A DNA stretch of 64,000 nt, taken from contig CAZIZP010000001.1 in assembly GCA_964543705.1 (NCBI GenBank), positions 71,583-135,582 on the forward strand, given 5' to 3'. The DNA comes from an uncultured Chitinophagaceae bacterium. Its GTDB lineage: Bacteria; Bacteroidota; Bacteroidia; Chitinophagales; CAIOSU01. This document shows positions 44,601 to 53,865 of the stretch, piece after piece. A program made the translations under genes and the position numbers. The notes under the pieces were generated by a model. It was not told where the DNA came from. It did no database searches and saw only the letters and a program-made list of their open reading frames with translations. Each line of letters starts with the position of its first letter. Position 1 is the first letter of the stretch.

Positions 44601-44864
44601 GCCCCCGGCACAACAAACTTCAGCAGTAGCACAGTCAGGCTGACTACAAGTGCCATTAAATTTAGACCATGCTGCACCACCTCCTCCTCCCCCACCCCAT
44701 GCTTGAACTGTAATTTCAGTTACACATGGTGGTACAGTCCACGAAATAGTTCCTGGACTTGAAAATATAAGTGTACTTTGACTTTGAACGGTTATGTATA
44801 TAAAAATATTGATTGTTGTAATAAATATATTTAAAAAACAAGAACCAAAATAAAATGTGTGCAT
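41667..44864 (-). CDS. Giant secreted protein: glycine-rich N-terminal domain, 4 x 66-aa repeats, 7 GCDS repeats, T9SS type-B (gliding-motility C-terminal) domain
   Basis: VTEITVQAWGGGGGGGAA...CCAGGGGGGGGFAQRTYTVVPGQVYTITVGAGGLGG starts a ~280-aa Gly/Asn-rich domain. The tail IVYIPNAFSPNGDGNNDFFEVF...LKIFNRWGEKIFE...WDGTYKG...LPGVYVYFL..YKGSVTIIK fits the TIGR04131-type CTD. Confidence 0.9.
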   Translation of the reverse strand: MHTFYFGSCFLNIFITTINIFIYITVQSQSTLIFSSPGTISWTVPPCVTEITVQAWGGGGGGGAAWSKFNGTCSQPDCATAEVCCAGGGGGGGGFAQRTYTVVPGQVYTITVGAGGLGGIINTALNTNRAQAGLQGGNSIFSGPATSGIGSLTAFGGNGGGGANYVNTSFNNSMFGHNGANGTGGNGGTGAAGSIIFNGGNGSSGAHSGNNPDVSGAGGGCAGSNANGANGTSPGGGAQRIGGTGGAANGGNGANGNRITSFFGYTGQAGITGFILGGGGSGALIHNRIQQGGSSQTAHRQVEGGNGERGEVRITYIIPNAPKPVFNTIAPICSGETLNPLPITSINGISGTWQPTLNNTATTTYFFTPNANTCADTASITIIVNPTVIPTFNQILPICSGDVLNPLPSTSINGVLGTWQPPLNNTTTTSYIFTPNNNQCATIANMTIIVNPIVTPIFNEIDSICSGEILNPLPTTSNNGINGTWQPALNNLTTTNYTFTPNIGQCAISANTTIRVIPSITPFFNQIAPICSSETLSPLPTTSTNGINGTWLPTLNNTATTNYIFTPSIGQCATQTSLQVEVKPVAQYTDVVTACDSFTWINGVTYYESTNTANLILNNAAFNGCDSVIDLNLSITNSKRNFIHQQICEGSTFVFNNQNITSSGIYTANYNTVNGCDSTVTLNLIVNNIYNDTVTISRCTGQSYFAGGALQNTSGIYSDSYTSSSGCDSIIITLLSFNSFISYFDTVSICNGESYFAGGTLQQTSGNYIDTFISVGGCDSLVFTNLTVISPTVTSINAIICENQNYLFAGMQLNAAGVYSDTLQSILGCDSIVLLNLQVNSSVSTVIFDTICQGEKLIFDSIEISESGLYTLLSTSETGCDSTTLLNIFVINNELSITPQRAVVDTGATLQISVTTNAVSPTYLWVPDTYLSCNNCPNPTITPYENTNYQLTVADKYGCEATALLQIIVNKDCKKSIVYIPNAFSPNGDGNNDFFEVFATAVNFYNLKIFNRWGEKIFEASSPFEKWDGTYKGIMQLPGVYVYFLKTTTCNGEQKNYKGSVTIIK
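43098..43889 (-). repeat. Four tandem 198-nt (66-aa) intragenic repeats
   Basis: The unit FN.I.PICSGE.LNPLP.TS.NGI.GTWQP.LNNT.TT.Y.FTP....CA......I.V.P...P occurs four times, spanning aa 326-589. The antisense shadow ORFs at 43180, 43381 and 43750 show the same periodicity. Confidence 0.9.
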
Positions 44865-45039
44865 TTAACTTAGCATTATAGCTATAAAGCTATCTACAGT
44901 TAGAAAAAAGCATTTAATAATTTTTTCGCAAAACGAAGTTTCTAAGGGTTTAAATAGTGATTATATATTGATTGACAATTCTATTAAATAGCATTATTTT
45001 AAGGTGTGTAATTAAAACTTAATTAAATATAAAACCTAT

Positions 45040-46494
45040 ATGCAAAGAAGGAATAAGAATGAGGACGATTTAATGCTATTGATAAAAAGTTTAAGTAGCT
45101 CTGAAAAAAGATACTTTAAAATTTTTTCGCAAAATGAAGTTTCTGAGGGGAAAGCGTATTTGTATTTATTTGATGTTATAAATAACACAAAAACTCCTAT
45201 TAACAATCAAACTTTAAAACAAAAACTTTCTGAAAAAGGCTACAATGTAGATATTGTTAAAACTAAACAATACTTGTTTAACAACATCGTAAAATCGCTA
45301 ATCCTTTTTGATGTAGATAATGACAGCGAAATAGCTATAAAAATGAAAATGCTTGAGGTAAGGGTTTTAGCAAAAAGGAATATGAATTATACTGCTACTC
45401 ACAAATTAAAACTACTTGAAAAAATATGTGCTGAACAAAATAAAACGATTGTTTTATCAGAAATTTACGGACTACAAAAAACAAACATCACTAATTCAAT
45501 AAATAAAGTAAACAGTATAAAAGAAATTGGTACCCTTATTTCAGTAGATAAAGAAAATACTTTAAGACTAGTTAACGAATTGAATTTAAAAAGTATTTTA
45601 TTAGAATTGAGCTATTTAAATTCTCAAGAATTCACAATTAATGAAGATGATTTTATAAACAAATGCAATGATATAATTCAAGATGATAGGTTAAAATTTG
45701 ATGTTGACAAACAAACCTACACAGGTCAAATGCTCTATTTTTTAATTGTAGGATATTTAAATCTAAAACTGAAAAACTATAAAAATGCAGTTGAATATTT
45801 TACCAAATACATCAACCTCCTCGATAAAAACAAATACCTACTGAAACAGAATCAGTTTAATTACATTTCAGGTTTAGGCAACCTAATAGCAGCTTATGGC
45901 AGGCTTAGGAAGTATAAAAAGATTGAAAACATATTAGCCAAGTTGAAAGCTATGAAATTTGAAGATGAAAGGTTGAATATTATGCAGATGAAATCTTATT
46001 ACTTGCATATCTCTCAGCTTTATAGTGAGACCAAAAGATTTAATGATTTAAGCAATTTGTTTTCAGGTTTTCAAACATGGGCATCAAAAAACAGAGATAA
46101 AATAGAAAAGCAAATACTATTAAAAATAGAGTATGGTTTTGCTATATCCTTTTTAGCTACTGGAAATTATGGCAAATCATTAGTTCTAGTTAATAGAATA
46201 TTGTCAGAATCAAAAATAAAGAGCTATATGAAGGTTGCCGTTTCATCCAAAATTATTGCTGCCATATGCCATTATAAAAAAGGCAGTAATGATGTTATGA
46301 AAAGCGTTTTAAAATCTTTAAGCCGACAATTATTAATTGAAGGTCTTAAAGAAACAAAAGAATATGTTTTTTCAAAAAGCTTTCTTAAAGATATTAGAGA
46401 TAATAAAAACGACTTTAAAATTCTTGCTAAGAAATACAATGAACTTAAACATAGTAATGTTTCATTCGATTTCAATGTATTGTATAATATGTAA
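45040..46494 (+). CDS. Helical-repeat (TPR-like) protein of unknown function, paralogue A (484 aa)
   Basis: No signal peptide. The N-terminal box LMLLIKSLSSSEKRYFKIFSQ....KAYLYLFDVI is shared with 46522-47973. The remainder is predicted all-alpha with TPR-like periodicity (..Y.NA..YF.K...). Confidence 0.75.
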   Translation: MQRRNKNEDDLMLLIKSLSSSEKRYFKIFSQNEVSEGKAYLYLFDVINNTKTPINNQTLKQKLSEKGYNVDIVKTKQYLFNNIVKSLILFDVDNDSEIAIKMKMLEVRVLAKRNMNYTATHKLKLLEKICAEQNKTIVLSEIYGLQKTNITNSINKVNSIKEIGTLISVDKENTLRLVNELNLKSILLELSYLNSQEFTINEDDFINKCNDIIQDDRLKFDVDKQTYTGQMLYFLIVGYLNLKLKNYKNAVEYFTKYINLLDKNKYLLKQNQFNYISGLGNLIAAYGRLRKYKKIENILAKLKAMKFEDERLNIMQMKSYYLHISQLYSETKRFNDLSNLFSGFQTWASKNRDKIEKQILLKIEYGFAISFLATGNYGKSLVLVNRILSESKIKSYMKVAVSSKIIAAICHYKKGSNDVMKSVLKSLSRQLLIEGLKETKEYVFSKSFLKDIRDNKNDFKILAKKYNELKHSNVSFDFNVLYNM

Positions 46495-46521
46495 AAAATA
46501 CAATTTCAACAATAAGCTAAG

Positions 46522-47973
46522 CTATTTACATTCTGTTATCCACTCAAAAATATTAAAGGGTATTAAATGAGTATTTAGTCTTTTTTCCTTGTTGAAATAC
46601 TTTTTTGTTTCTTCAATAAAATATTTAAAATTATCTGTCTTATATTTTTTAATAAATAAATTAAGCAAGGTTACCTCGGCTAGTAAGTTTTTTCCATATG
46701 TTGTATTAAATGCTCTTAATGCACCTTCGGCAAGATGCAAAAGAATGCTGTGGTTTTGAAGTTCAAAATGGCATATAAATAACAATGTTTTTGCAGAAGC
46801 AAAATGCGAGTGATTATTTTTTCGGTTAATAATATTCTGAAGATAATGAATAGCATTGTCATAATTTTTTAAATAAAAATGGCTAACCGCAAAACAATAA
46901 TCAAAATGGTTTAGTGCCTCATCGGGAATATTGCTATTTTGGTTTTGCTTTTCGCGCTCAATATACCTTTCTAATTTTATTGTTTTTGAGAATTCTTTTG
47001 TTTCAGTATATAACTTTAATAATGCTGAATAATGAAGCATAAAGAATAGGGATTCGTAGCCTTTATTATAACTTTTATTTTTTTCTAATTCTTCTAAATG
47101 TTTTGCTGCTTCAGAAAATTTTTTAGTGGTAATTAATAAATCAGTAAGCTGATAGTTAATGTTTAAAAAATTGAAGTAGTACTCTTTTTTTATTTTGGGG
47201 TAATTATGGTAAAGCTTAATATGCTCGCGCATAATATTTTTAGCTTTAATGGCATTGCCTTTGTCTGAGTGATAGGTTGCCAGTATATGCAAACGTATAG
47301 ATTGGGCTGAAAATGTACTAAGAGGTTTCTTTTTTTCTAATAGTAATTGTGCTACTATACTATCAGTTTCTGCTTTGTTGTTTGCGCCTTTAGTTTTTGC
47401 TGAAACTGCTCTTGAATAAAAGAATTTCAGCATAATATTTACCTGCACAATAATTTCATTCATTAACGAAAAGGCATGTTGCTCTTCCAGAATAATATTT
47501 TCAATTTCTTCATAACTAGTGTTTTCAAAAAACGATTGGTACAAATTGCTTTTTTTATGAGAATATAACATGGGTAAAAAACCTAGCCTTTCATGTTCAA
47601 GGCTAAGCTTTATTCCTTTATCTATCTTCTTCTTAGCAATAGGGTATAAACCCTTTTTTTGTAGAATTTTGATTTCTCTAATTATAGATAGTATTTCGTG
47701 TTCTATTGAAGAATCGGCATGAAAAGAAGAAAGACTTTTCATTACCTGCTGAAACAATAATTGTTTCAACATTCCAAAATTATCGGCATAGCCACCGGCA
47801 TATTTTTTTTTTGCTTTTTCTTCATCATATACCTGCATTTTTAAAATATCGTCAAAAAGATGAACATAATTTTTTGCTGTTGTGCCATGTAACGAAGTGT
47901 ATCTTTTAAAATATCGTTTTTCTGTTTTCGACAAAGCATGAACTAATTCAAAAAGGTATTCCGAAGACTTCAT
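46522..47973 (-). CDS. Helical-repeat (TPR-like) protein of unknown function, paralogue B (483 aa)
   Basis: N-terminal YLFELVHALSKTEKRYFKRYTS....KNYVHLFDDI, then ..LFQQVMKSLSSFHAD (compare ..LFNNIVKSLILFDVD in paralogue A). Same length and architecture. Convergent with paralogue A, 27-nt gap. Confidence 0.75.
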   Translation of the reverse strand: MKSSEYLFELVHALSKTEKRYFKRYTSLHGTTAKNYVHLFDDILKMQVYDEEKAKKKYAGGYADNFGMLKQLLFQQVMKSLSSFHADSSIEHEILSIIREIKILQKKGLYPIAKKKIDKGIKLSLEHERLGFLPMLYSHKKSNLYQSFFENTSYEEIENIILEEQHAFSLMNEIIVQVNIMLKFFYSRAVSAKTKGANNKAETDSIVAQLLLEKKKPLSTFSAQSIRLHILATYHSDKGNAIKAKNIMREHIKLYHNYPKIKKEYYFNFLNINYQLTDLLITTKKFSEAAKHLEELEKNKSYNKGYESLFFMLHYSALLKLYTETKEFSKTIKLERYIEREKQNQNSNIPDEALNHFDYCFAVSHFYLKNYDNAIHYLQNIINRKNNHSHFASAKTLLFICHFELQNHSILLHLAEGALRAFNTTYGKNLLAEVTLLNLFIKKYKTDNFKYFIEETKKYFNKEKRLNTHLIPFNIFEWITECK

Positions 47974-48152
47974 TGGGAGATATTTAATATTATGTATAAA
48001 TATGGTTTTTTATAGTGCTTTATACAATTTTTATAAATAGTTAGACAACTTATTTTTTAAGCAAGAATAAATTGACCCAGCATTAAGCATTGGTTACATT
48101 TAAGTTAATAAATCCAATAACTGTAATTAAACAAGTGTATAACCAATCTAAA

Positions 48153-50804
48153 ATGAAACATTTGTACTCAATAATATTATTTTTGGCTCTTACATCAATA
48201 CAGTCAGGTTTTTGTCAAAATCCTGGGTTTGAGACAACACCAGCTTCTACAAATGGGTGGACATTAGAGTCAGGCAGCACAACATGGTCAATTCCTTCTG
48301 GAGCGCCCTTACGTTCAGGCAATAACACACTAAGAGTAGTGGTGACCACTTCTAGTGCTCGTCATGCAAGACATACTTCTGGATATTCCGTGAGCATTCC
48401 AGCCTCAGGAACAAATTACGTGCATGTAATAGGCTATGCCCTTGCAGGAACTACTAGTGATCAGGCACGTATGCAGGCCATTAGTGCCACAGGCACAGAT
48501 GTTTTGGGCACGTATGTAAATTTTGCTTCCACAAACACTTGGCAACGTTTCACTTGCAGTGGGATTGCCACTAATAGCGCATCTTACTATCCAGGCTTTC
48601 AGGTTGACGGAGACTACTCTTCAGGTGGAGATATTTACCGATTCGATGACATTATCATCTATACCTCAACGAGTGCGGGAGTTGACCTAACTGCCCCAAA
48701 TTCCGCAACAGGGTTATCGGCAACTAAAAACGGCAGCGATGTTGATTTAGCCTGGGCTGATGGCACTGATAATGCTACAAACATAAGTGGTGTTGAGGGA
48801 ACACTTATTTTAAGAATAGCTGGAGATAAAACAACTGCTGTGCCCGTACCTCAATCTCAAACATGGTACTCCACCAATTCTGGAATAGGGCCAACAACTA
48901 TTGTAAATGGTAGTGATACCTGGACTGTTTTGCAAAATGGCTCCGCTTCAGGAAGTTATACAAATGCTGGTGCTTCAGGAAGCGACTACACCTATGTAGT
49001 TTACATGCGAGATAAAGCTTTTAACTATTCAACAGGAACTGCTATTTTTTATGAAGCAACTGTATTTGAAAACCCTACTTCAGGCGGCACAATAGGTAAT
49101 GCACAATCGGGCTGCGATGAACTAAACCCAAGCACAATTTCCAATGTTGCCGGAGCAAGTGGTCATTCAGGCACTTTGGTTTATAAATGGCAACATTCTA
49201 CTACAATTAATTCTTCGGGCTTTTCAGATATTTCAAGCTCTAACAACGCTACCTATGACCCTCCTTTAATTACCCAAACCACCTGGTATAGAAGATTAGC
49301 AATAGTTTCTGAAATAAATGATTGGGATGAAGCAGCTATTTCTAATGTTATTGAAATGTCTGTATTAGCCGCGCCTTCATCGGTAACGGCTGGTGTTACT
49401 CCAAATCCTGTATGCATAGGAGATACTGTATTTCTTACAGCTTCAGCATCGGGAGCCGATTCATGGATGTGGAATGGGCCAAATGGATTTATAGCTGAAG
49501 TGAAAGATACTTTTTTAGCCGATATAAGCATGAGCGAAGGAGGTAATTATTTTGTAACAGCCGAAAATGCTTGTGGTAATGGGGGGCAAGAAAAAACATT
49601 TAACCAAACTGATTTATCTCCATGGGCCGTTCAAGCAGGAGATTTTGCCGATGCAGGTTTTTGGAATTATTTAAGAGGTAATAATTGCTGTGAAGATGAT
49701 AGAATTTCTGCTCCTTCAACCCAAGCTTACGGTACATGGGAATTTGAATATCAGTTCTACAGCACTTCTACAACATGCCCTTCAAATAATCAAGTAGTTC
49801 GTTTTTTCCTTACTTCAAGCACTGCAGGTATGACAAGTGCAAACGGATATTACGTATATGTTGATGTTTGCAACAATGCTTTTCAGCTTAGAAAACTTAC
49901 AGCAGGCACGCCTTCTACAATAATTAGCGGCACATGGTCTCCTAATACAACTTCGTGGCACCACGTAAAAATTACCAGAAGTGCTGATAATACTTTCGAA
50001 CTGTTTCATAATGGTGTGTCTAAAGGAACCGGAATTGATGCTTCTTTTACTTCATCTAACCATATGGGTATTTGGACAACAGGTGCTTTTGTATCCGATA
50101 ACCACAGGATTAAATACGTAAAGGCAATTTCTAATTATTCCAATGGGCCTATTGTGGTTATTCAGCCAAATTTGACAAGTATAAACAATGCTATAACCCC
50201 CAACATGGCCGTTGGTGATTATTTATGGAGTGGAAAAACAAATACACCAAACTGGGAAACCCGCAGAAACTGGTTTGAATTGGTTTTTAATGACACTTTT
50301 TATATCGCTCCAACAATACCAAATGCAACAAAGAATGTTTATTTAATTACTTCGACAATTGCCGCCCAATGCGTAATATCAGAAGAAATTGAAGTGCTTG
50401 ATATTGCAGGAAATGTAGCAAAGAATTTAGTAATAGAATCAGGCACTACTCTTCAAATGACTCAAGATGCAGAACTTTCAATATTTGGAAATTGGATTAA
50501 TAATGGTGGAACATTTATTCCCGCTCAATCAACAGTTACATTTAAGGGCATTGAACAAACAATCAAATCATCGTGGACATCGGGTAATGAAAATTCATTT
50601 TATCATCTGATAATAGACAACAACGATACTGTTACAATATCAGATAATGTAAATGTCTTGAATAAAACAACCATTGAAAAAGGGGAGTTTATTATACCTG
50701 AAGACAGAGTGGCACGTTCTAAAAAAGTAGAATTAAAGGATAAACTACTTATAAAAGATAAAGGAACAGGCTCTAAAGGTGGTGAAATGAGGGTTAATGA
50801 ATAA
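48153..50804 (+). CDS. Giant secreted surface protein (883 aa): CBM-like N-terminus, LamG/concanavalin-like region, C-terminal MRVNE module; no T9SS CTD
   Basis: The ATG at 48153 gives MKHLYSIILFLALTSIQSGFCQ (signal). QNPGFETTPASTNGWTLESG.. is CBM4_9-like. ..VRFFLTSS...NGYYVYVD...FQLRKL...WHHVKITR..NTFELFHNG is LamG-like. The last 196 aa (50214-50801) start GDYLWSGKTNTPNWETRRNW and end SKGGEMRVNE-stop. Confidence 0.85.
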   Translation: MKHLYSIILFLALTSIQSGFCQNPGFETTPASTNGWTLESGSTTWSIPSGAPLRSGNNTLRVVVTTSSARHARHTSGYSVSIPASGTNYVHVIGYALAGTTSDQARMQAISATGTDVLGTYVNFASTNTWQRFTCSGIATNSASYYPGFQVDGDYSSGGDIYRFDDIIIYTSTSAGVDLTAPNSATGLSATKNGSDVDLAWADGTDNATNISGVEGTLILRIAGDKTTAVPVPQSQTWYSTNSGIGPTTIVNGSDTWTVLQNGSASGSYTNAGASGSDYTYVVYMRDKAFNYSTGTAIFYEATVFENPTSGGTIGNAQSGCDELNPSTISNVAGASGHSGTLVYKWQHSTTINSSGFSDISSSNNATYDPPLITQTTWYRRLAIVSEINDWDEAAISNVIEMSVLAAPSSVTAGVTPNPVCIGDTVFLTASASGADSWMWNGPNGFIAEVKDTFLADISMSEGGNYFVTAENACGNGGQEKTFNQTDLSPWAVQAGDFADAGFWNYLRGNNCCEDDRISAPSTQAYGTWEFEYQFYSTSTTCPSNNQVVRFFLTSSTAGMTSANGYYVYVDVCNNAFQLRKLTAGTPSTIISGTWSPNTTSWHHVKITRSADNTFELFHNGVSKGTGIDASFTSSNHMGIWTTGAFVSDNHRIKYVKAISNYSNGPIVVIQPNLTSINNAITPNMAVGDYLWSGKTNTPNWETRRNWFELVFNDTFYIAPTIPNATKNVYLITSTIAAQCVISEEIEVLDIAGNVAKNLVIESGTTLQMTQDAELSIFGNWINNGGTFIPAQSTVTFKGIEQTIKSSWTSGNENSFYHLIIDNNDTVTISDNVNVLNKTTIEKGEFIIPEDRVARSKKVELKDKLLIKDKGTGSKGGEMRVNE

Positions 50805-50911
50805 TAGTTTAGAAAACTTATTTATCAGCATAAAATTATCCTTTTTTCGTTTTTCCTGTAAATAAATTCACACAGAGTTAATCTGAACATCAAACAATAT
50901 TATTAATTCGT

Positions 50912-53839
50912 ATGAAAGGTCTATCCGACTTTACAGTCAACCACCGCCTCATAGCACTACTTGTATTTTGTATAGTATTTGTTTTTTCATTTTCTGTCAA
51001 TGCACAAGTAGTGCTGAATGAGGTGTCGGTAAGACCGGGAGGTAATCAGGGGTTAATTGTGTTTAATGGTAATTCGGGAAATGAGTATGTTGAATTATAT
51101 AATCCATCTTGCAGCCCTGTAGATGTATCGGGTTTTTTTATTGCTTGCAGGCAAGAATTTGCTGGCACAACCTCGGGTGGCGCATTTAGAATCCCTAATA
51201 TTCCCTCAGCTATAATTGCTCCTGGAGATCATTTGGTGCTGGGCACATCTACTTCTTCTGCTGACCCCAATAGTATAGATATAAAACTACCAGACTATAC
51301 AACCAACTACTGCTTAAACAATAGTGGATTTAATTTTATATTGGCTAATGCAGACGGCTGGGTGGCTCTATATGATGCATCAGGAACGCCTGTAGATGCA
51401 ATTTACTGGAGCAGCAGTGCAGGTAATATTTCTCAGGCTGCTGATTTTGCTGGAATTCCATGTTTGCCTGTCGGTAGCCCTGTTGGTATCACATTAGAAA
51501 GTGCACAACAAATAAATACATCTTTTCCAGGCGTATTATCATATGTAGGAGGTAATCCTTCAGCTGGGTTAACTTACAGCAGAATACCAGATGGCAGCAC
51601 TTGGCAAAGAGAAATTACCCCAACTATAAACAGAACTACAGTTGGCAATTGTAATGGTGGTAATTGTGTGCCTGTGTCAACTATAACTTTTACTGCTGCT
51701 GTTACCAATCCTTCTTGTGCACAAAATAATGGCAGTATTACCATGAATGTTATTTCAACAGGAACAGCATCTTATGCATGGAGTGCAAATGCCAATACAG
51801 GAAATAATAACACAGCAAATAATTTAACTGCTGGCACTTATAATGTTACAATTACTCAAAGTGGTTGCACTAAAGACACCGCTATTACTTTGGTTGCCCC
51901 CAATTCTCCAACACTTATAATAAGCAATATTCAAAATCCTACGTGTGCAGGAAATGATGGCTCATTGAATGCTGCAATTGCAGGTGGAACTGCACCTTAT
52001 AGTGTAAGTATAGATACCGGCTCAGGAACACCAATAAATATTACTGTCCCTTTTGCTACCTCTGCACCTGTAAACAATTTACCTGCACGCACTATAACCA
52101 TAAATATTACCGATGCAGCAGGATGTACAGTAACACAATCGGCAACACTTACTGCGCCAACCAACTGTTGCCAGTTTAGTTTTTCAGCATCTGTAACACA
52201 ACCTAATTGTGGCGCAACGAATGGTTCTATTGCTATTACGGTGACAAACGGTTCGGGCAATTACTCTTATACATGGAGCAGTAATGCCAATACGGGCAAT
52301 GTTTCTCAAGCAACTAATTTAGGTGCCGGAAATTATTTGGTAACTATTACCGATTTAGGATTTTCTAATTGCACAAAAGACACTGCTATATCTCTTGCCA
52401 GTGCAGGTGCTCCTATTATAAATTCAATTAACAAAACCGATGAAAATTGCTTAGGTAGTAATAATGGCAGCGCAACAGTTGCAGCAAGTGGTGGCACAGG
52501 AACTTTGAGTTATTTATGGAGTTCAGGGCAACAAACGCCAACTATTAATAATCTTTCACCGGGAAATTATATTGTTTCTGTAACCGATGCCAATGGATGT
52601 GTTGCCGTAGGTAACATCACAATTTTACAAGGGCCTGTTTGTTGTGTACTTACAGCATCTGTTAATACTCAACAAACTGATTGCAATGCAGCAACAGGAA
52701 GCATAACAATTACAGTTGATGCAAATTCCGGAGATGCACCTTTTCAATACAGTATTAATGGCGGCACCACATTTTCTGCAAACAATCAATTTAACCTACT
52801 TGCTGCTGCCACCTATTTTATAGAAGTGATAGATGCCAACAATTGTATCTTCAGAGATACAGTAATAGTTACTGAAGCTAATAATGATATTACTATTAGC
52901 ATTTCACAAACAGATGTTTCTTGTTTTGGATTGAATGATGCATCTATTGTATTGAATATTTCAGGAAGCAATACACCTTTCAGTATTGAATGGTCAGATG
53001 GTGTATCTCAACAATCTTCAAGAAACAGTCTTGCATCAGGAATTTATGATGTTACAATTACCGACCAGTTAGGTTGTACCGAAAATGCAAGTATTACATT
53101 AACAGAACCATCACCGGTTAGTGTTGACTTAGGCGAAAATCAAACAATTTGTAATGGAAGCAGTATTGTCTTGGATGCCGGAAATAACAACTCTTATGAA
53201 TGGTCTAATGGTTCAACACAAAGCAGTATTACAGTTTCTGAAGCGGGTATTTATTCGGTAACAGTGGCAAACGCTAACTCATGCACAGCAACAGATTCGG
53301 TAGAGATATTTTTAAGTGATGTAACCGTTAATGCGGGCAATGATACTTCAATAATTGAAAATAATGCTGTTGTATTAGATGCAATAAGCAACTCAAATGG
53401 CGGTTCATTTATTTGGTCACCATCAACTTCATTATCGTGCAATAATTGCAACAACCCTGTTGCTACTCCAAGAGAAACCACTACTTACACTGTAACCTAT
53501 ACCAATGAGTTTAGTTGTGTAGCTTCCGATGATATTACTATTATAGTTATTGAAGGAGAATATTATTTTTATATGCCCAATATTTTTTCGCCTAATGCCG
53601 ATGGTAATAACGATTTGGTTTTCCCTATTTATAATGGCACCAAGCAATTTACTTTACGCATTTGGAATCGTTGGGGACAAAAAGTTTTTGAATGTGTGAA
53701 TGTTAACGAAGGGTGTGTTTGGGACGGCACTGTGAAAGGCAAACTATTAGACCCAACGGTATTGACTTGGGAAGCAGTAGTTGAATTTAAAATACCCAGT
53801 ATTGAAAGATATAAAGGTAGTATTACACTCATAAAATAA
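50912..53839 (+). CDS. Secreted protein: lamin-tail (LTD) domain, SprB-type repeats, T9SS type-B C-terminal domain (975 aa)
   Basis: Signal ..VFVFSFSVNAQ. VVLNEVSVRPGG...EYVELYNPSCSPVDVSGFFI is LTD-like. Repeated units C...NGSI.......G...Y.Y.WS are SprB-repeat-like. Tail YFYMPNIFSPNADGNNDLVFPIY...LRIWNRWGQKVFE...WDGTVKG...YKGSITLIK. Confidence 0.9.
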   Translation: MKGLSDFTVNHRLIALLVFCIVFVFSFSVNAQVVLNEVSVRPGGNQGLIVFNGNSGNEYVELYNPSCSPVDVSGFFIACRQEFAGTTSGGAFRIPNIPSAIIAPGDHLVLGTSTSSADPNSIDIKLPDYTTNYCLNNSGFNFILANADGWVALYDASGTPVDAIYWSSSAGNISQAADFAGIPCLPVGSPVGITLESAQQINTSFPGVLSYVGGNPSAGLTYSRIPDGSTWQREITPTINRTTVGNCNGGNCVPVSTITFTAAVTNPSCAQNNGSITMNVISTGTASYAWSANANTGNNNTANNLTAGTYNVTITQSGCTKDTAITLVAPNSPTLIISNIQNPTCAGNDGSLNAAIAGGTAPYSVSIDTGSGTPINITVPFATSAPVNNLPARTITINITDAAGCTVTQSATLTAPTNCCQFSFSASVTQPNCGATNGSIAITVTNGSGNYSYTWSSNANTGNVSQATNLGAGNYLVTITDLGFSNCTKDTAISLASAGAPIINSINKTDENCLGSNNGSATVAASGGTGTLSYLWSSGQQTPTINNLSPGNYIVSVTDANGCVAVGNITILQGPVCCVLTASVNTQQTDCNAATGSITITVDANSGDAPFQYSINGGTTFSANNQFNLLAAATYFIEVIDANNCIFRDTVIVTEANNDITISISQTDVSCFGLNDASIVLNISGSNTPFSIEWSDGVSQQSSRNSLASGIYDVTITDQLGCTENASITLTEPSPVSVDLGENQTICNGSSIVLDAGNNNSYEWSNGSTQSSITVSEAGIYSVTVANANSCTATDSVEIFLSDVTVNAGNDTSIIENNAVVLDAISNSNGGSFIWSPSTSLSCNNCNNPVATPRETTTYTVTYTNEFSCVASDDITIIVIEGEYYFYMPNIFSPNADGNNDLVFPIYNGTKQFTLRIWNRWGQKVFECVNVNEGCVWDGTVKGKLLDPTVLTWEAVVEFKIPSIERYKGSITLIK

Positions 53840-53865
53840 TAACTCAAATAAGTAAACCTAATTCA

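Noticed and set aside
46495-46521. Bidirectional terminator between the two convergent 484-aa genes
   Set aside because: The 27-nt gap (aaaatacaatttcaacaataagctaag) contains no hairpin, so none can be called.
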